Made by a program: the position numbers and the translations under genes. A DNA stretch of 63,541 nucleotides, counting the filler, from an uncultured bacterium (GTDB lineage Bacteria > CAZSTA01): assembly GCA_964609495.1 (NCBI GenBank). It is 2 parts of 2 records of this genome, joined end to end, with 100 filler letters (N's around TTAATTAATTAA, not from the genome) between each part and the next. Parts side by side here need not be neighbours in the genome. Positions count along the whole stretch, not along the records: positions 32,035 to 63,541 come from CAZSTA010000019.1; 1 more part is not named here. One strand, given 5' to 3'. The stretch's first letter is position 1. Each line of letters begins with the position of its first letter. The notes under the pieces are model-generated. The model was not told the DNA's origin. It was given only the letters and a program-made list of their open reading frames with translations, and made no database searches. Shown here one piece after another: positions 59,111 to 63,541 of the stretch.

Positions 59111-59647
59111 TATATAAAAATAATTTTTGGAAGAAATTTTTTCATAAATTAATCAAGGGTAAGTGAGGAAAGCATTTTCTAAGTAAAGCTTTCTCCTGAT
59201 ACTCTATCGCTCTCTTATATTCCCCTAAATAATAGTAGGCATTCCCCAAACTACCTAGATCACTTCCTTCTCCACTTCTATCCCCAGTCTATTACTCTTA
59301 GGATCATATCGGATATAACATTGATAACTTCTCTTCCCATCTAATTAAGTATGGATTGGAGTGCTGTTAATAGCTATATCTCCAATCTCTATTTCTATTG
59401 TCTCTCCACTATGCTCTTGACAACCGAGCTACATTAGATATAATATAGATATCTCATATTTTTATCCTTATCTTAAGGTAGCATTAGAGATTGAAAGTAT
59501 CAGCTCCTCCCTCCGCTTCCGATCCCTAAATTATTATATCCTCTCTAAACTCTCTTTATTATATTCAAAAAGTTTTTGAGATTTTAACAATTTATGATAT
59601 AATACAAATGGAGTGATTGTAATCCTAATAGTAAAAGAGGATGAAAT

Positions 59648-59920
59648 ATGGAGAGCAATAGTAAATTAAAACAGACCAATACTAAAATTATCGAGTTAGA
59701 GAAGAAAAGAGCGTTCATAGATAGACTAAGAAAGCTACAAAAGGAACATAATTTATCTGATGATTTTGTAGAAGATTTCTCTGAGATCGAGGAAGCTTTT
59801 GACTTAACAGATGAGGAGATTTTAGGACTTAATGAAATATTTGGCCAATTTGAGCTAGCTTCTGGGTTAACATTGGAAGAGTTGTGCTTTGGAGAAGAAT
59901 CACAGGATTTGTATGAATGA
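59648..59920 (+). CDS. Putative antitoxin
   Basis: Small acidic protein, ATGA overlap with PIN gene. Confidence 0.55.
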   Translation: MESNSKLKQTNTKIIELEKKRAFIDRLRKLQKEHNLSDDFVEDFSEIEEAFDLTDEEILGLNEIFGQFELASGLTLEELCFGEESQDLYE

Positions 59921-60459
59921 CTAATGTCTATCACTTCAGGCAAATTCGCGATATCTCAAAAGATGTTTTCTTAGATACTAATTTCGTGATTAGTTTTGCG
60001 GTAAAGCCGCCTAAATCGCAAAAAGATGAATATACAATGCATCTCAACGCAAAGAGATTAATGACGAAATTGGTTAGCAGAAAGGTTAATATTTATATTT
60101 CGCTACTTATCCTTAGTGAAATGTGGTTTGTTTTAACCAGAAATTTATATGAATTAGTCCAAGGAAAGGGTACTTGGAGATACGTAGAAGATAAGGGAAC
60201 TATATTTGAGCAATTTTCATCTGATCTTGTGATTTATACCAGGAAGCTATTTAATATCCCAAGATTAAAGCTTATTCCCATTAAAGATCATAAAAGGATT
60301 GCTGAAAATGCCCTTGACAATATTAAAAATTACTCTTTGTATCCTAATGACGCTCTTCATATAAGCACGACACAATCAGAAAATATTTCTTGTATTGTAA
60401 CTAATGATAGACATTTTAGACAAATTCACGTTCCTAATTTAATGATAATAACTTTCTAA
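59917..60459 (+). CDS. PIN-domain (VapC-like) nuclease
   Basis: FLDTN, LSE, PNDALH, VTNDRHF. Confidence 0.88.
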   Translation: MTNVYHFRQIRDISKDVFLDTNFVISFAVKPPKSQKDEYTMHLNAKRLMTKLVSRKVNIYISLLILSEMWFVLTRNLYELVQGKGTWRYVEDKGTIFEQFSSDLVIYTRKLFNIPRLKLIPIKDHKRIAENALDNIKNYSLYPNDALHISTTQSENISCIVTNDRHFRQIHVPNLMIITF

Positions 60460-60646
60460 ATTTGTCAACATTTATTAGAAATTTACATAATATAGCTGAA
60501 TTGCCATTCGATGCTTTTCTGGAAATAGTAGTTGCAAATCATACGGGGTTATAGCCAAGCAGATCGTTCGGCGCAGACCCAACTCAACAAGGAGGGATGC
60601 TGCACCTCCTCTCTGAAGGAGATTATTTCTAAGATACTAACTTTAT

Positions 60647-60916
60647 TCAAGTATGTTCCTCAATCTCCTTATCCTTGAAGAACTCCTCCAGAGCTATATT
60701 TACTACCTCGGACACCCCCAACCTCTCCCAATAAGCATACCCCCTAACTTTCTCTATAATTTCTACCTTCAAATGATAGGTCTGCCTCTTTGTCTTTGGC
60801 TTACTATGTAAACCGAGTTTGTTTTGTTTTCTAAGTATACTAGGTTTACCCTCCTCTTTGGTATCCTTAATCCATTCTAAAGGATCTTGTCCTAAGGCTT
60901 GCCTAGTGTCACTCAT
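60647..60916 (-). CDS. Small RHH/CopG-like ParA partner
   Basis: ALGQDPL N-terminal tail; RQTYHL strand followed by two helices; overlaps parA stop. Confidence 0.6.
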   Translation of the reverse strand: MSDTRQALGQDPLEWIKDTKEEGKPSILRKQNKLGLHSKPKTKRQTYHLKVEIIEKVRGYAYWERLGVSEVVNIALEEFFKDKEIEEHT

Positions 60917-61667
60917 AAGATATTACCTCCTTCGCCAAGGCTAGATAATCCTTAGCACCATGTGATCTGGGAGCATAAGTAATAATCGGCTTGCCAAAGC
61001 TAGGTGCTTCAGCAAGCCGTATATTTACCCTTATCTTTGTCTTAAACACTTTATCCCCAAAGTATTCTACTATCTTATCTAACACCTGCTGACTCAAGTT
61101 CGTTCTAACATCAAACATCACCGGGATTATAACTGTTACCTCTAAGTCTCGATTGAGCCTTTTCTTCACCGCTTCTATAGTCTGCAACAGTTTGCCTATC
61201 CCCTCCAAAGCGAAGAATTCCGTCTGGACAGGTATAAATACCTCAGTCGCAGAAGTCAAAGCATTTAAGGTAAGTAATCCCAGAGCCGGGGGACAATCTA
61301 TAAAGATATAATCGTATTCGCCTTCTAATCTCTCTAGTCTCTCCCTTAAGATCGTCTCTCTGCCTACTGTGCTGGCTAGTTCTATCTCAGCACCTGACAA
61401 AGCGATGCTGGAAGGAGCTATGGTGAGACCATCTAGCTCATAGTTTATAAGGATGTCATTTATGGCTATATCTTCTATTAAAACGTGATAGAGGGAATAA
61501 TTAAGACTATTAGTGTCTATGCCCAGATGAATCGTGAGATTAGCTTGAGGATCAATATCTATCAGCAGGACCTTCTTGCCTAAGGTAGCAAGGCATGCTC
61601 CTAGATTTACTGCTGTAGTACTTTTTCCGACCCCGCCCTTTTGATTTGTTATCGCGATAGTTCTCAT
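60909..61667 (-). CDS. parA: ParA/Soj ATPase
   Basis: [32 protein letters not shown]. Confidence 0.92.
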   Translation of the reverse strand: MRTIAITNQKGGVGKSTTAVNLGACLATLGKKVLLIDIDPQANLTIHLGIDTNSLNYSLYHVLIEDIAINDILINYELDGLTIAPSSIALSGAEIELASTVGRETILRERLERLEGEYDYIFIDCPPALGLLTLNALTSATEVFIPVQTEFFALEGIGKLLQTIEAVKKRLNRDLEVTVIIPVMFDVRTNLSQQVLDKIVEYFGDKVFKTKIRVNIRLAEAPSFGKPIITYAPRSHGAKDYLALAKEVISYE

Positions 61668-61799
61668 AGGTTTGCTGTGTTTACATTGTAATATAAGTTT
61701 ACCAAGTTTTCCTTATTATATCATAATTAAGGGAATAATACAAGGGACAATTTTTCAACGATGGCAAACCCTATATTATGGTGATCAAAGCAGATATCG

Positions 61800-63541
61800 C
61801 TAATTCGTTCCCGAAATCCCTTGACAGCAATTCGTTGACTGCGCCTCCTCAAAATGGCTATACTTAGCTGTGCTTATATTCCCTTTCTCATCCTCGTATT
61901 GAAAGGTCTTAGTGAAAAACTCTCCTGTTAAGGTAACTACCTTACCATTCTCTAGCTTAACCTTCGCTCCTTTACCTAACTTCCTTATCCTCAACTCCTT
62001 CTCCAGATGAGGAGCTTCCTCTAATATCTCCTTTTCACTTCTGGGAATATACTCTCCATTCTCTCCTCTTTCAAAGTAAGGATTATATCTATTCATCTGA
62101 AGAGCTAAAGCTAGTCGCTGTTCAGGAATGGCTTCCTCGAAGGCGAGTTTGATTAGCTCCTCAAAGGTATAGCTCTTACCCTTGACTCTAAACCAGATGT
62201 CAACGGGATTTGCCTGATATAAGATACGAGTCGTCTTCTGAAGGAGTTCGTTATGGAGATAAACTTTTAATTCGCCAATATCTATTGGCTCTTCCAAGGG
62301 AACTTTTATCCCGGTATTCTCTTGCACTACCTCCTTAAACCAGGTATCCCGTTTCTTCTTTTGAACTATCGCCTTGAATACTCCTTCTTCATCAGGGGAC
62401 TCTATACAGATTCCCACTCTTAATGCGTTGTTCTCATCCTTAATGACTATCACATCTCCCTTTTCTACTGGGATGGAGAGAGAAGCTTTCCTAAGTCTAG
62501 CATACTCATCCACTTTGCTCTTGGATCTAGGAGTATAAATTACCTGCTTACCCATTCGGCCTCTATCAAAATAGATTATATCTGCTCTCAACAACTCAGT
62601 TAACTGCTTCCTTTGAGCCTTTGAGAAGCCTTCCCCGAACCAAGATCGAGCAAGCTCAGGCTCGGTATATCCTCTCCTCTCTCTGAGATTAAGTAGCTTC
62701 TCCCACAACTTGGGAATATCCTCTTGAATGATAATCTCCTTTGATATTTTTACCTCACTTATAGTACTTTTAGGATAAGAAGAGGGACTTGGAGCTACTG
62801 ATATCGCTCCAACTTCACTTTCCTTATCCCCCTCATCTGGAGCTAGAGTCAAGGGATCGAGGCTCTCACCATTACTCGGCCTCCAGACATTAAAGTCCTT
62901 CAATTGAGAAGCAAGACTATCTATCGCTGTCTCATCTCCATGCATTAACACTACTGAATGGGGGTTCAACTGCTTTATCATATTCGCTATTTGATTCCTA
63001 TCTGCGTGAGCAGAGAGGTTATACTTCGTTACTTCGCAATTTATCGTCGTCGGGGTATCCTCCAAAATCATAGTCTCTCCTCTCTCCAACTCCAGCAATT
63101 TCCTTCCCGGAGATTCCTCATCCTGATATCCAGTCATCAAAATAGCGTTTCTTTTACCTTGGGCTACTTTCCTAGCATAGAAGGGAGAAGGACCTCCCGA
63201 TAGCATCCCAGAGCTAGAGATAATACAGCAAGGGTCTCCATCTACAATGTTCTCCCTAGAGGTTGCAGAGACCTTTATTATCTGTTGTCTCAGATTATCA
63301 AAAAATATGGGCTGTTGAGCGTTTCTCTTATAGTTCTGCAGATGGGGACTTAGATCATGCACTAGATTCTCATAGATATCACAAGCATTTCTTACCATTC
63401 CGTCAACATATATGGAGAATAGAGGTATAGTATTTGAAGCTTGCATCGCTTTTAGGATCAAAATTACCTCCTGAGCTCTCCCCACAGCAAAAGCTGGGAT
63501 CAGAACAGTTCCCCTTTTATTTATTATCTCGGCTACTGCAA
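61800..63541 (-). CDS. MBL/beta-CASP nuclease with long C-terminal extension (5' partial)
   Basis: VLIPAFAVGRAQE, SSGMLSGG, TGYQDEES, LSAHAD, LMHGD; frame open to window end. Confidence 0.85.
   Translation of the reverse strand, partial: AVAEIINKRGTVLIPAFAVGRAQEVILILKAMQASNTIPLFSIYVDGMVRNACDIYENLVHDLSPHLQNYKRNAQQPIFFDNLRQQIIKVSATSRENIVDGDPCCIISSSGMLSGGPSPFYARKVAQGKRNAILMTGYQDEESPGRKLLELERGETMILEDTPTTINCEVTKYNLSAHADRNQIANMIKQLNPHSVVLMHGDETAIDSLASQLKDFNVWRPSNGESLDPLTLAPDEGDKESEVGAISVAPSPSSYPKSTISEVKISKEIIIQEDIPKLWEKLLNLRERRGYTEPELARSWFGEGFSKAQRKQLTELLRADIIYFDRGRMGKQVIYTPRSKSKVDEYARLRKASLSIPVEKGDVIVIKDENNALRVGICIESPDEEGVFKAIVQKKKRDTWFKEVVQENTGIKVPLEEPIDIGELKVYLHNELLQKTTRILYQANPVDIWFRVKGKSYTFEELIKLAFEEAIPEQRLALALQMNRYNPYFERGENGEYIPRSEKEILEEAPHLEKELRIRKLGKGAKVKLENGKVVTLTGEFFTKTFQYEDEKGNISTAKYSHFEEAQSTNCCQGISGTN

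Noticed and set aside
59253-59412. Minus-strand coding-like remnant with an internal TAA
   Set aside because: Short and no recognisable family
60520-60620. Possible structured RNA between PIN and RHH genes
   Set aside because: Hairpins present but match no family I recognise; may be a terminator between convergent genes

Overview
The window is two sequences joined by an artificial 100-nt linker (N44-TTAATTAATTAA-N44, 31935-32034), so the halves need not be neighbours. Left part (all minus strand): a tandem array of TolB-like beta-propeller lipoproteins; a Wood-Ljungdahl ACS/corrinoid cluster (acsB, acsC, acsV/RACo, cooC/acsF, acsD, two acsE) with no CODH catalytic subunit, interrupted by a defence-type insert, a 2-hydroxyacyl-CoA dehydratase-like trio and small palindromic repeats; then argH, carB and a type IIG restriction-modification gene. 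Right part: the 3' end of an avs4-like anti-phage gene hit by two IS elements; a ~10 kb mobile-element-like block of archaeal-type genes (Orc1/Cdc6, Zn-ribbon tyrosine integrase, HerA-like ATPase, Cas4-like nuclease) carrying a KaiC-like ATPase / V4R / cis-prenyltransferase / HD cassette and a duplicated 52-nt motif; a MerR-FtsK module with a candidate counter-transcript; an RpiR-regulated sugar ABC and catabolic operon; a PIN toxin pair, a ParA-RHH pair and a partial beta-CASP nuclease. All family calls come from motif recognition by eye; no searches were run.
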